Assembly: GCA_965219705.1 (NCBI GenBank)
Contig: OZ244789.1
Span: 2,478,580-2,542,579, forward strand
Source of the DNA: Chloroflexota bacterium
GTDB taxonomy: Bacteria > Chloroflexota > UBA11872
DNA length: 64,000 nt
Direction of reading: 5' to 3'
A program made the translations under genes and the position numbers. The notes under the pieces are model-generated. The model saw only the letters and a program-made list of their open reading frames with translations, was not told the DNA's origin and ran no database searches. Position 1 is the first letter of the stretch, and every line of letters begins with the position of its first letter. Below, piece after piece: positions 32,401 through 41,697 of the stretch.

Positions 32401-33147
32401 ATGCAGGGTGGGGATTCCGTTGGTGACGGCCTATGCGTGCGCATCGCCGCGGTGCGTGACGAGATCGCGGCGGCTTGCGCCGCGGCCGGCCGCTCGCCCG
32501 ATACCGTGGAGCTCGTGGCCGTCACCAAGACGGTGCCGGCGGCCGTCGTGCGCGCGGCGCTAGCCGCGGGACTCAGCGTGTTCGGCGAGAATCGGGTCCA
32601 AGAGGCCGATGCCAAGATCCCCGAGGTTGGTGGCGGCGCCTGGCATCTCATCGGGCACTTGCAGCGCAACAAGGCTCGGACCGCCGTCCAGCGGTTCGCC
32701 TGCATCCAGAGCGTTGATTCCCCGCGCCTGGCCCGCCGGTTGGAGGCGGTGCGTGATCAGCAGTCCGTGGACGTGCTGGTGCAGATGAACCTCACCGGCG
32801 CGCCCAGCCAGGAGGGCGTATCGCCGGCGGACCTGGACAGGCTCTGCCAGATCATCGACCGCGAGACGGGCCTAACGCTGCGCGGACTCATGACGATCGG
32901 TCCGCTGGGGGGCGGTCCCGCGGCTCTTCGCGAGTGCTTCCGTGAATTGCGCGAGGCGCGGGATACGCTTCGGCCGCAGCTCCCCAACCAGCCGCTGACG
33001 GAGCTTTCGATGGGAATGACGGACGACTTTGGCGCGGCGATCGCCGAGGGGTCGACGATGGTTCGGGTGGGACGGGCTATCTTTGGGAGTCGCCCGTCGG
33101 CCGCGGCCGCTACGCCCGCGCCAACATCAATGGACTCGCCAGCTTGA
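32401..33147 (+). CDS. yggS: YggS family pyridoxal phosphate homeostasis protein
   Basis: The full-length sequence ...AACAAAGRSPDTVELVAVTKT... is present. An alternative GTG start lies at 32437 with GGTGACGG upstream. Confidence 0.85.
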   Translation: MQGGDSVGDGLCVRIAAVRDEIAAACAAAGRSPDTVELVAVTKTVPAAVVRAALAAGLSVFGENRVQEADAKIPEVGGGAWHLIGHLQRNKARTAVQRFACIQSVDSPRLARRLEAVRDQQSVDVLVQMNLTGAPSQEGVSPADLDRLCQIIDRETGLTLRGLMTIGPLGGGPAALRECFRELREARDTLRPQLPNQPLTELSMGMTDDFGAAIAEGSTMVRVGRAIFGSRPSAAAATPAPTSMDSPA

Positions 33148-33401
33148 CCGGCCTCATCAATCTTCTCGACATCCTGGTCACGATCGTGGTGTTTGCGATC
33201 GTCGGCCGCGGGCTGCTCTCCTGGTTCGTTCAGGACCCCAGGCACCCGCTGATGCGCCTGCTCATCGACGTCACCGAGCCGATTCTCGCCCCGATCCGCA
33301 GTCGATTGCCCTCGACCTGGATGATCGACCTGTCGCCGCTGATTGCGATCGTGGTCATTCAGATCGTGTGGCGGCTGATCGTGGCGCTGGCCCTGCAGTA
33401 G
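33144..33401 (+). CDS. YggT family membrane protein
   Basis: It is an 85-aa, 2-TM protein coupled to the yggS stop. Confidence 0.75.
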   Translation: MTGLINLLDILVTIVVFAIVGRGLLSWFVQDPRHPLMRLLIDVTEPILAPIRSRLPSTWMIDLSPLIAIVVIQIVWRLIVALALQ

Positions 33402-33413
33402 GGCGATGCCGTC

Positions 33414-33749
33414 TTGCCAGTGCAGCCCCACGCCGTGGGTCCGGCCCGAATGACCGTGCCTGCGCTGAAGCCTGTCATCGTGCGCGTGCGGGCAAAGCCC
33501 AATGCCCGCGCCGAGCGCCTCACGCGTGACGCCGACGGCGGGCTGGTCGCGCGGGTGAAGGCGGTGCCGGTCGACGGCCGCGCCAACGCCGCCATCCAGG
33601 CCTTGCTGGCGCGCGCGCTGGACGTGCCCCGGCGCGGCGTCACTATCGCGAGCGGAGGTCGGAGCCGCCAGAAGCGCATTGCCATCGCCGGCACGTCCCC
33701 TGAATGCGTCCAAGCCGCCATCGACCGATTGGATCCGGAATCTCGCTGA
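33414..33749 (+). CDS. DUF167 (YggU) family protein
   Basis: The sequence ...VRAKPNARAERLTRDADGGLVARVKAVPVDGRANAAIQALLARAL... is present. Confidence 0.7.
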   Translation: MPVQPHAVGPARMTVPALKPVIVRVRAKPNARAERLTRDADGGLVARVKAVPVDGRANAAIQALLARALDVPRRGVTIASGGRSRQKRIAIAGTSPECVQAAIDRLDPESR

Positions 33750-33788
33750 TGGCTGCTTCTCGCCCTATCGATCAGCCGCGCTCCGCCA

Positions 33789-35084
33789 GTGCCTAGCCCT
33801 GCCTTGCAGCGGCCGCGCGGGACGGCCGACCGGTTGCCCGCGGACGCTCCGGCTTGGGAAGTCGTGGCGCGGACGTTTGCGCGTGAGTGCCGGCTGCGCA
33901 ACTACCAGCCCATCAGCACGCCAACGTTCGAGGCCACCGAGTTGTTCAACAAGGGAACCGGTGCGACCACGGACATCGTGCAGAAGGAGATGTACACCTT
34001 CGAGGACCGCGGCGGCGACTCGCTGACGCTGCGGCCCGAGGGCACGCCGTCCATCGTGCGCGCCTACCAGCAGCGCGGCATGCACGTGCTGCCGCAGCCG
34101 GTGAAGCTGTTCTACGTGCTGCCGGTGTTCCGCTATGACCGCCCGCAGGCGGGGCGCTTGCGCGAGCACCACCAGATCGGCGCCGAAGCTCTGGGCGACC
34201 CCAACCCCGCGGTCGACGCCGAGGTGATCGACTTGCTCTGGAGCACGCTCCGCGCGCTCGGGATCACGGACCTCGCGCTGCACCTGAATTCGCTCGGGGA
34301 CCCCGAGTCACGACCGGCATACCGTGCCGCCCTGGTCGCCTATTTCACACCGCACGCTGATGCCCTGTGCTCGGATTGCCAGATGCGGCTGACGCAGAAT
34401 CCATTGCGGTTGCTGGACTGCAAGAAGCCGCCGTGCGAGCACGTGAGCGCCGATGCGCCGCGCTCGCTGGAATATCTGGGCGACGCCGCGCGCCAGCACT
34501 TCGACACACTGGGGCGGCTGCTCGAGGCGTTGGACATTCCGGCCAGCGTGGACCATCGGCTCGTCCGCGGCCTGGACTACTACAACCGCACGGTGTTCGA
34601 GATCGTGCCGCCGGATAGCGGCGCCCAGAGCACCGTCGGCGGGGGCGGGCGCTACGACTACCTGTCCGAGACGCTCGGCGGCCCGCATCTCCCGGGCGTC
34701 GGGTTCGGCAGCGGCATCGAGCGCATCCTGCTCAATCGCCAGCGCGTGGGACTGCAAGACTCGCCGGCTGCGACGCCGGACGTCTACCTGGCGCCTCTGG
34801 CCGACGCCGCGCTGACGGTCGTCACCACGGTGGCCGCCGGCCTGCGGCGAGCGGGCATCGCCGTGGAGACAGGATATTCGGCTGCGAGCCCGCGGTCCCA
34901 CCTGCGCCGCGCCAACGCGACCGGCGCACGGGTCGCACTGATCGTCGGCATGCGCGAGGTCGAGGCTGGCCGCGTATCGCTCAAGCCCCTCGACGGCGGC
35001 GAACAGGTCGACGTGGCGCTCGATGAAATCGTTGCAGCCACGCAGGCCGCCCTTGCCCGACCGGCGGCGGCGAGCGACGCGTGA
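33789..35084 (+). CDS. hisS: histidine--tRNA ligase
   Basis: Class II aaRS motifs are present. The N-terminus is ...RPRGTADRLP. Confidence 0.9.
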   Translation: MPSPALQRPRGTADRLPADAPAWEVVARTFARECRLRNYQPISTPTFEATELFNKGTGATTDIVQKEMYTFEDRGGDSLTLRPEGTPSIVRAYQQRGMHVLPQPVKLFYVLPVFRYDRPQAGRLREHHQIGAEALGDPNPAVDAEVIDLLWSTLRALGITDLALHLNSLGDPESRPAYRAALVAYFTPHADALCSDCQMRLTQNPLRLLDCKKPPCEHVSADAPRSLEYLGDAARQHFDTLGRLLEALDIPASVDHRLVRGLDYYNRTVFEIVPPDSGAQSTVGGGGRYDYLSETLGGPHLPGVGFGSGIERILLNRQRVGLQDSPAATPDVYLAPLADAALTVVTTVAAGLRRAGIAVETGYSAASPRSHLRRANATGARVALIVGMREVEAGRVSLKPLDGGEQVDVALDEIVAATQAALARPAAASDA

Positions 35085-35713
35085 TCGCGGTCGTCGACTA
35101 CGGGGCCGGCAACCTGCACAGCGTGGAACGGGCGCTGCGGCACGTCGGCGCCGAGATCACGGTTACCCGCGACGCGTCGGTGATCGCCGACGCCACCGGA
35201 GTTGTCTTGCCGGGCGTCGGGGCCGCTGCCGACACGATGCGCGGTCTGGAACGCGCCGGCGTGACCCGCGCGATCCTGGACGCGATCGATGGCGGCGTGC
35301 CGTATATGGGCATATGCATGGGGCTCGAGGTGCTCTACGAGGCCAGCGATGAGGACGGCGGCACGATCTGCCTGGGCGTGGTTCCGGGCCGCGTCGTGCG
35401 GTTCCCGCCAACCCAGCACGTGCCGCACATGGGCTGGAACCAGGTCCACCAGGAGGTTGCCTCGCCGCTGTTCGCGGGCATCCCGCAAGACGCCAACTTC
35501 TACTTCGTGCACTCGTACTACGCGCCCGTCGACGGCGCCGACCACGTGGCCGCGACCACCGACTACAGCGTGCCGCTCACGAGCGCGCTGCTGCGCGACA
35601 ACATCTTCGCGACGCAGTTCCATCCGGAGAAGAGCGGCGCCGCGGGGCTGCGGCTCTATGCCAACTTCGTTCGACTGGCGGGGCAACGGCCACACAATCT
35701 AGCTGGGGTGTGA
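35081..35713 (+). CDS. hisH: imidazole glycerol phosphate synthase, glutamine amidotransferase subunit HisH
   Basis: The start is GTG overlapping the hisS stop. The sequence MIAVVDYGAGNLHSV... is present. Confidence 0.9.
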   Translation: MIAVVDYGAGNLHSVERALRHVGAEITVTRDASVIADATGVVLPGVGAAADTMRGLERAGVTRAILDAIDGGVPYMGICMGLEVLYEASDEDGGTICLGVVPGRVVRFPPTQHVPHMGWNQVHQEVASPLFAGIPQDANFYFVHSYYAPVDGADHVAATTDYSVPLTSALLRDNIFATQFHPEKSGAAGLRLYANFVRLAGQRPHNLAGV

Positions 35714-36450
35714 TGGAGGTCTATCCCGCCGTCGATATCCGCGGCGGTCGCTGCGTGCAGCTGGTGCAAGGCGACTTCGGACGCGAGACGGTCTATTTCG
35801 ACGATCCGGTGGAGGCGGCGGCGCACTGGCTTGAACGGGGCGCTTCCTGGCTCCACGTCGTCGATCTGGACGGCGCGCGTGACGGCGCGAGCGAGAACGC
35901 CGCGATCATCGAGGACATCATCGCCGGCGCCGGAGATGTTCCGGTGCAGGTCGCGGGCGGCATTCGCTCGATGGCGGACATCGAGCGCGTGCTGGGGCAC
36001 GGAGCCACGCGAGTCGTGTTGGGCACCTCCGCCGTGCGCGACCCGGATTTTCTGGCGAGCGCGGCCGTGAGCCACGCCGGTCGAATCGCCGTGGCCGTGG
36101 ATGGACGCCAGGGCCGGGCCGTCACCGACGGCTGGGCGGCGGATTCCACGGTCTCCGTTAGCGCGTTGGCGGCACGGGCCTTGGACGCCGGTGCCGCGGC
36201 CATCATCTACACGGACGTGGTGGTCGAGGGCATGCTCAAGGGACCGAACGTCGCGGGAACCCGCGACCTGGTCGAGCAGGTGGGGGAGCGCATGCCGGTG
36301 ATCGCGTCGGGCGGCGTGGCGACGCTTGCCGATCTCACGCGGCTGCGCGATGCCGGGGCTGCCGGCGTCATCATCGGAAGCGCCCTGTACCGCGGCGACG
36401 TCTCCCTGCCCGAGGCCATTCAAGCCGCTCGGGGTGAAGCCTCGTGCTGA
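35710..36450 (+). CDS. hisA: 1-(5-phosphoribosyl)-5-[(5-phosphoribosylamino)methylideneamino]imidazole-4-carboxamide isomerase HisA
   Basis: The sequence [20 protein letters not shown] is present. It is coupled to hisH. Confidence 0.9.
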   Translation: MMEVYPAVDIRGGRCVQLVQGDFGRETVYFDDPVEAAAHWLERGASWLHVVDLDGARDGASENAAIIEDIIAGAGDVPVQVAGGIRSMADIERVLGHGATRVVLGTSAVRDPDFLASAAVSHAGRIAVAVDGRQGRAVTDGWAADSTVSVSALAARALDAGAAAIIYTDVVVEGMLKGPNVAGTRDLVEQVGERMPVIASGGVATLADLTRLRDAGAAGVIIGSALYRGDVSLPEAIQAARGEASC

Positions 36451-37235
36451 CGCGCCGCATCATTCCCTGTCTCGACGTCAAGAACGGGCGGAACGTGCGC
36501 GGTGTGAAGTTCTCAGCCGACGTGGACGCCGGCGATCCCGTCGAGCTGGCCGCGCGCTATGACCGTGAAGGCGCCGATGAGCTGGTGTTCTACGACATCA
36601 CGGCCTCGGCCGAGCGCCGCGACATCATGGGCGATCTTGTCGAGCGCGTGGCCTCGCAGGTGTTCATTCCCCTTACCGTGGGCGGAGGCCTGCGCAACGC
36701 CGACGACATGTACGCGATGCTGCGGCGTGGGGCTGAGAAGGTGTCGATCAACAGTGCCGCCCATCGCGACCCCGACTTGATCCAGCTGGGTGCGGACCGC
36801 TTCGGATCGCAGTGCATGGTGCTGTCCATCGATGCGCAGCGCAGGACCGATCGCGATTCGCCGTGGTGGGAGGTCGTGCTGGATGGCGGGCGCGCACCCA
36901 CGGGCCTCGACGCCATCGAGGTCGCGCAGCGGGGAGTCGCGCGGGGCGCCGGCGAGATCGTGATGAACAGCATCGATGCCGACGGCACGCGAGCCGGCTA
37001 TGACTTGGACCTGTTGCGCACGGTTTCCGACGCCGTGTCGGTGCCGGTCGTCGCCTCCGGCGGCGCCGGGTCGATCGAGCACATCCGCGACGCGCTGGTG
37101 GACGGGGGCGCGCATGCGGCGCTGGCGGCGTCGATCTTTCACTTCAAGCTCATCAGCATCGAGCGCGTCAAGCGCGAGTTGACGGCGGCGGGTCTGCCTA
37201 TGCGCATGGACCCGTTCGCGGCGGTTGGCGACTGA
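36444..37235 (+). CDS. hisF: imidazole glycerol phosphate synthase cyclase subunit HisF
   Basis: The sequence [18 protein letters not shown] is present. Confidence 0.9.
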   Translation: MLTRRIIPCLDVKNGRNVRGVKFSADVDAGDPVELAARYDREGADELVFYDITASAERRDIMGDLVERVASQVFIPLTVGGGLRNADDMYAMLRRGAEKVSINSAAHRDPDLIQLGADRFGSQCMVLSIDAQRRTDRDSPWWEVVLDGGRAPTGLDAIEVAQRGVARGAGEIVMNSIDADGTRAGYDLDLLRTVSDAVSVPVVASGGAGSIEHIRDALVDGGAHAALAASIFHFKLISIERVKRELTAAGLPMRMDPFAAVGD

Positions 37236-37260
37236 CCGACCGGTTGGGTTCGCGCCTGGC

Positions 37261-37421
37261 TTAGGCGTCGTCGACCGGCAACTCCGCGGCAACGGCCGTG
37301 GGCGCGGCGGCGCGCCGGCGTCGCATGGCGCGCCACACCCGGTATCCCAGATCGAGTCCGATGCCGAGCACGATCGTGCCCACGATGAGAAAGAAGACGA
37401 TGGTCGCGATCACGGGCTCAT
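37261..37421 (-). CDS. possible small membrane protein (53 aa), below the ORF-track length cutoff
   Basis: The minus strand reads ATG MSPVIATIVFFLIVGTIVLGIGLDLGYRVWRAMRRRRAAAPTAVAAELPVDDA-TAA. No SD is present. Confidence 0.25.
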
Positions 37422-37439
37422 GATGCCGGGTGCGGGCGG

Positions 37440-38291
37440 TCAGCCGATGCCAAGCGTCTCACAGAGCTGATCGAGTCGGCGGAGTGCTTCCGCGTCCAGG
37501 ACTTGCTCCGCGGGTGCGCGGAAATGGCTGTGGGCGATCACGCCCTCACGCCGCAGCATCTCCTTGTAAACGGACGGGCCGATAGCGTTGAGCGGCACGA
37601 TCTCGCGCTGCCAGGTCTCACGGGCGGCTTCACGCTGGCCCTCGTGCCACAGGTCCCATACGCGCACAAACGACGCGGCGAGGGTCGCGTGCGGCATGGT
37701 GCCCTGCGACCCGGCGGCAAGCTCCTCGATGAGCGCGCTGCCGCTGGCGCCGCCGATGATCGTGACTTGGTCGCCGGCCTTGTCGATGGCCTCGGCGACG
37801 GATTCCGCCGGCGGTGCGCTCTCGACCTTGGCGTATTGCACCTGCGGCACGGCGTCGGCCAACGCCGCCAGCTGGTCCCCGGAAAGCGATGCCCCGGTCA
37901 TCACTTGCACCACCACGGGAATGCGAATGGCCGTGGCTACGGACCTGAAATGGCCGTGGAGCTCCGCTTCCGAAAGGCTGTTGGCCGGCGGAATCAACAT
38001 GACCGCCGACGCGCCGTGCGCTTCGGCCTCTTGACTTGCTCGAACGGCCAGCACCGTGGCGGGATATCCAGTTGACATAACGACGGGCACACGCCTTCGC
38101 GCCTGGTCGATGGTGACCCTCGCCACCAGCGTGCGCTCTGCCTCGCTGAGCTTGGGAAGCTCGCTGCCGAAGGCGATCCCGAGGCCGTGAACGCCGGCGT
38201 CGATGCAATAGTCGACCTCACGCCGCAGGCTGTCCTCGTCCACCCGGTCGTCGAGGTCGAAGGGGGTCTTGAGGATGGGAATGACGCCGCG
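37440..38291 (-). CDS. dihydrodipicolinate synthase/N-acetylneuraminate lyase (DapA) family protein
   Basis: The start MPTIRGVIPILKTPF has GGAG 9 nt upstream. A Schiff-base Lys in the YAKVESAPPAE region is assumed. The protein is 283 aa. Confidence 0.8.
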   Translation of the reverse strand, partial: RGVIPILKTPFDLDDRVDEDSLRREVDYCIDAGVHGLGIAFGSELPKLSEAERTLVARVTIDQARRRVPVVMSTGYPATVLAVRASQEAEAHGASAVMLIPPANSLSEAELHGHFRSVATAIRIPVVVQVMTGASLSGDQLAALADAVPQVQYAKVESAPPAESVAEAIDKAGDQVTIIGGASGSALIEELAAGSQGTMPHATLAASFVRVWDLWHEGQREAARETWQREIVPLNAIGPSVYKEMLRREGVIAHSHFRAPAEQVLDAEALRRLDQLCETLGIG

Positions 38292-38395
38292 GATGGTCGG
38301 CATGGCCTGTGGCTCCAACAGTCGGCCGCGCGGCATTGATAGCAGAGCGGAGACGGCGTGCATACTGAAGCCCGAGTCTGCCGCCGCTGAAGACC

Positions 38396-39565
38396 ATGAC
38401 CAGCACCGCTCCCGATATCCGCGTGGTGACGTTCGACGGTCCCGGCACGCCCCCGGTGCTGCGACGGGTGCCACGGCCGTCGGTGCCGCCACGGGGCGCG
38501 CTGATACGCATCGAGGCCTGCGGCGTCTGTGGCACCGATCTGCACATCCTGCAAGGGCACTGGCCGGGAGCGTTGCCCTGGCCGATCACGCTGGGGCACG
38601 AGCTGGCGGGCGTCGTGGAGGAGATCGGGCCGCAACTGCGCACGGACGCAACCGGCGCCCCGCTCCGCGAAGGCGACCACGTGATGCTGCCGCCGCTCAA
38701 CGCATGCGGGGTGTGCGAGGTCTGCGTGGAAACGCCGGAGCGCGCCAACAAATGCCTCAATCCGACCTACTACGGGCGCAAGATCAGCTATCACCGGCCG
38801 CCGCACCTCTGGGGCGGTTGGGCCGACATGCTGTTCGTGGACCTGGACGCGTTCCCCGCGACCAAACTCTTTCGACTGCCGGACGACATGCCGCTGATGG
38901 TGGGCACGCTGGTCGAGCCGTACAGCTCGGTGACGCGGGCCTTCAATCGAGTTGACGCGCTGGGTCTTCAGGTGCGCACTGCGGGCGCGTCGGTCGTGAT
39001 ACAAGGCGCCGGACCCATTGGCTTGCTGGCAACCGTGGCGGCGCGCCAGCGCGGGGCCGGGACCGTGGTGATGGTAGGCGACCCGGAAACGCCGCGGTTG
39101 GAACTGGCGCGCGCTTTTGGCGCCGATCACACCGTGTCGCTGACCATGACGCCGAACGCGGCGGACCGGATCGCGATGGTGCGCCAGGCCGTGGGCGGCA
39201 GGGGCGCCGACATCGTGATCGGTTGCTCGGGCAACCCCGCGGCCGGACCCGAGGGCGTGGAGATGCTGCGCGACGGCGGAACGTTCGTGGAGATGGGGCA
39301 GTTCACCGATGCCGGAAGCTTCGACACTAGCTGGCATCGATTCTGCACCAAGGAGATCCAGCTTCTCGGAAGCTGGGCCTTCACCCCGGACGAGGTGGCG
39401 CAGGCCATGCGCGATCTGCACGCCATCCAGGCCGACCATCCCTGGCCACGGCTGCACACGCGGTTTTCACTGAGCGCCGACGGTGTGACGGCGGCGCTTG
39501 AGGCGGCAACGCGGATGACCTGCCTCAAGGCGACCGTCGTGCCGGCAGTGCCGGACGGCGCCTGA
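38396..39565 (+). CDS. zinc-dependent alcohol dehydrogenase (MDR) family protein
   Basis: The sequence GVCGTDLHILQGHWP...GHELAGVV is present, plus a second Zn Cys cluster NACGVCEVC. Confidence 0.85.
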   Translation: MTSTAPDIRVVTFDGPGTPPVLRRVPRPSVPPRGALIRIEACGVCGTDLHILQGHWPGALPWPITLGHELAGVVEEIGPQLRTDATGAPLREGDHVMLPPLNACGVCEVCVETPERANKCLNPTYYGRKISYHRPPHLWGGWADMLFVDLDAFPATKLFRLPDDMPLMVGTLVEPYSSVTRAFNRVDALGLQVRTAGASVVIQGAGPIGLLATVAARQRGAGTVVMVGDPETPRLELARAFGADHTVSLTMTPNAADRIAMVRQAVGGRGADIVIGCSGNPAAGPEGVEMLRDGGTFVEMGQFTDAGSFDTSWHRFCTKEIQLLGSWAFTPDEVAQAMRDLHAIQADHPWPRLHTRFSLSADGVTAALEAATRMTCLKATVVPAVPDGA

Positions 39566-39580
39566 CCGGGCGATTTTAGG

Positions 39581-39830
39581 TGGCCCGCGCTGCGTGCAGC
39601 GTGGGAGCGGCTACCTTGGCCCGCAGGGTCGCCGGAGGGGCGGTTCGCGAACCGCCCCTACTTTTTCCCATGCTGCGCGCAGCGTGGGCCACCGGGCCCG
39701 TCCGTCATTCCGGCGAACGCCGGAATCCAGATCCGGGCCGCTGGCATCTCATATCCCACGCCCGAGAATAAACGTCTGAGATTCCTCGCCTGCGGCAACA
39801 TACAAATGACAAATGTGGGCCACCGGGCAC
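39581..39830. repeat. REP mosaic cluster (CCCATGCTGCGCGCAGCGTGGGCCACCGGGC; GGGGCGGTTCGCGAACCGCCCCTAC; GTCATTCCGGCGAACGCCGGAATCCAG)
   Basis: The modules have direct copies elsewhere in the window. Confidence 0.7.
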
Positions 39831-39876
39831 ACAGCCTGACCGGGCGCACGGACCGAATGATTTACGCTCGCTGGTC

Positions 39877-40431
39877 ATGGACCGCCTGCCTCGCACGATC
39901 CGGACGCCGCGCCTGACCCTGCGGCCGTTTGAGCTGCGCGACGTGGAGTCGCGCCTGGCCTATTGCTCCGACGCCGAGTGGGCCCGCTACTTTCCCATCG
40001 CGCAGCCGTACACCCGCCGCGACGCCGAGGAGTTCATCGCCCAGCGGCAACTCGACAATTGGGGACAAGACCCGGCGTGGTGGGCGGCGGACATGGACGG
40101 TGAGTTGATCGGCCACGTGGGGCTGTGGCCCGACCCAGTCAACCGTCACGCGGAGGTCGGCTATGCCATCGCCAAGCCGCGCTGGGGCCAGGGCTTCGCC
40201 ACCGAGGCCGTGAGCGCCGTCATTCACGCCGTCTTCACCACGACCGACTTCGAGCGCGTGTACGCCCGCGCCGACGTGCTAAACGGGGCCTCGCGGCGGG
40301 TCTTGGAGAAAGTGGGCATGGTCCAGGTCGGTGAGGTGAGCGGAAACCGCGTCGTGCATGGGCGTCGCACCGACGACGCCTTCTACGCCGTGCTCAAGAG
40401 CGAGTGGCGGCCGGCGGAGACGCTTGCCTAG
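39877..40431 (+). CDS. GNAT family N-acetyltransferase (RimJ/RimL-like)
   Basis: The sequence ...LTLRPFELRDVE...VGYAIAKPRWGQGFATEAV... is present. Confidence 0.85.
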   Translation: MDRLPRTIRTPRLTLRPFELRDVESRLAYCSDAEWARYFPIAQPYTRRDAEEFIAQRQLDNWGQDPAWWAADMDGELIGHVGLWPDPVNRHAEVGYAIAKPRWGQGFATEAVSAVIHAVFTTTDFERVYARADVLNGASRRVLEKVGMVQVGEVSGNRVVHGRRTDDAFYAVLKSEWRPAETLA

Positions 40432-40447
40432 CTGGGCAGAGGTCTCG

Positions 40448-40556
40448 TAGGGGCGGTTCGCGAACCGCCCCTACGCCAACCATCCGGCGCGACGCCAGGT
40501 TGGGTGAGATCTGGATTTCGGCCCCGTATCGAGTACGGGGCAGGCTCTTCGCGGGA
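40448..40556. repeat. REP modules (GGGGCGGTTCGCGAACCGCCCCTAC; CCCCGTATCGAGTACGGGGCAGGCTC plus half of the GGAATGAC element)
   Basis: The modules are repeated elsewhere in the window. Confidence 0.7.
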
Positions 40557-40644
40557 ATGACGGCAGAGGGCGCGCGATGCGAGCGGCTGAGCTGGTCGGG
40601 GCGCTACTATCGCCGCGATCACCGCTGCAACCGTCCATCGGCGT

Positions 40645-41673
40645 ATGAACCAGTTTCGCGACTCGACAGATCTCATCGACGACGCCGACCGCTTGCGCGC
40701 CCGCGCCGAGCAGGATGGCTATCTCTTCATTCGGGGCCTGTTGCCCGCCGCCAACCTCGAGCGCGTGCGGCTGGCCTTTCTCGAGGTCTTGCGCGACGAG
40801 GGCTATGCCGACGCCGAGGGCTACGGGGACCAGCTGATCAATCCCGCCAACATCCCGGCCGATCGCGGGACTATTCCGACCGAAACCTACCGGCGCCTCT
40901 ACCTCATCGAAGCGTTTCACGCGCTGCAGCTCGAGCCGGCGCTGCTGGGCGTCATGGAGGCCCTGCTCGAGCCCCCTGTGCTGGCGCATCCCAGCATCAT
41001 CTCGCGCGTGGTGTTCCCCCAGCGCGAGATGTACACGACGCCGGCGCACCAGGATTTTGTCCACGTGCAGGGCGCCAGCGACACCTATACGGCGTGGTTT
41101 CCCCTGCACGACTTGCCGGCGTCGATGGGCGGGCTGACGGTTGCCGCCGGCTCACACCGACGGGGCATCTACGACTATCGCCCGGCGCTCGGCGCGGGCG
41201 GTATGGCCGTGATCGATCCGCTGGAAGGCACCTGGGCGACCAGCGAGCTTCGCCAGGGCGACGTGCTCATCTTCCACAGCTTCGCGGTGCATAAGGCCCT
41301 GCCGCTCACGGGCGACCGGCTGCGCCTATCCGTCGATGGCCGCTACCAATCGGCTCGCGACCCCGTGCTCACCCAGAGCCTGAAACCGCACCTGGGCATG
41401 GCGACGTGGGCCGAGGTCTACGCCGGATGGCCGTCCGGCGGCTTGCAGTACTACTGGACCGGCCTCCAGCTCGATCACCGCCAGCGCGACGGCGTCTTCC
41501 GCGATCGGGTTGACAATCAAACGCTAGAGGAGCTGGAAGCCGGCTCGCTGTCGACCGAGTTGCGGAGCAAGGCGAGCGGCGCGATGGCGCGGATCATGGC
41601 GGGTGAGGATGCGGCACGCCGTGATCGGGCGGCGGCGATGCTGGCGCAGTTGACGGCGTCCGACGAGTCGTAG
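40645..41673 (+). CDS. phytanoyl-CoA dioxygenase (PhyH) family Fe(II)/2-oxoglutarate-dependent oxygenase
   Basis: The 2-His-1-carboxylate region HQDFVHVQG...AGSHRRG is present. Confidence 0.8.
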   Translation: MNQFRDSTDLIDDADRLRARAEQDGYLFIRGLLPAANLERVRLAFLEVLRDEGYADAEGYGDQLINPANIPADRGTIPTETYRRLYLIEAFHALQLEPALLGVMEALLEPPVLAHPSIISRVVFPQREMYTTPAHQDFVHVQGASDTYTAWFPLHDLPASMGGLTVAAGSHRRGIYDYRPALGAGGMAVIDPLEGTWATSELRQGDVLIFHSFAVHKALPLTGDRLRLSVDGRYQSARDPVLTQSLKPHLGMATWAEVYAGWPSGGLQYYWTGLQLDHRQRDGVFRDRVDNQTLEELEAGSLSTELRSKASGAMARIMAGEDAARRDRAAAMLAQLTASDES

Positions 41674-41697
41674 GCGCCGCCGGATGGGGAGGGTCTG

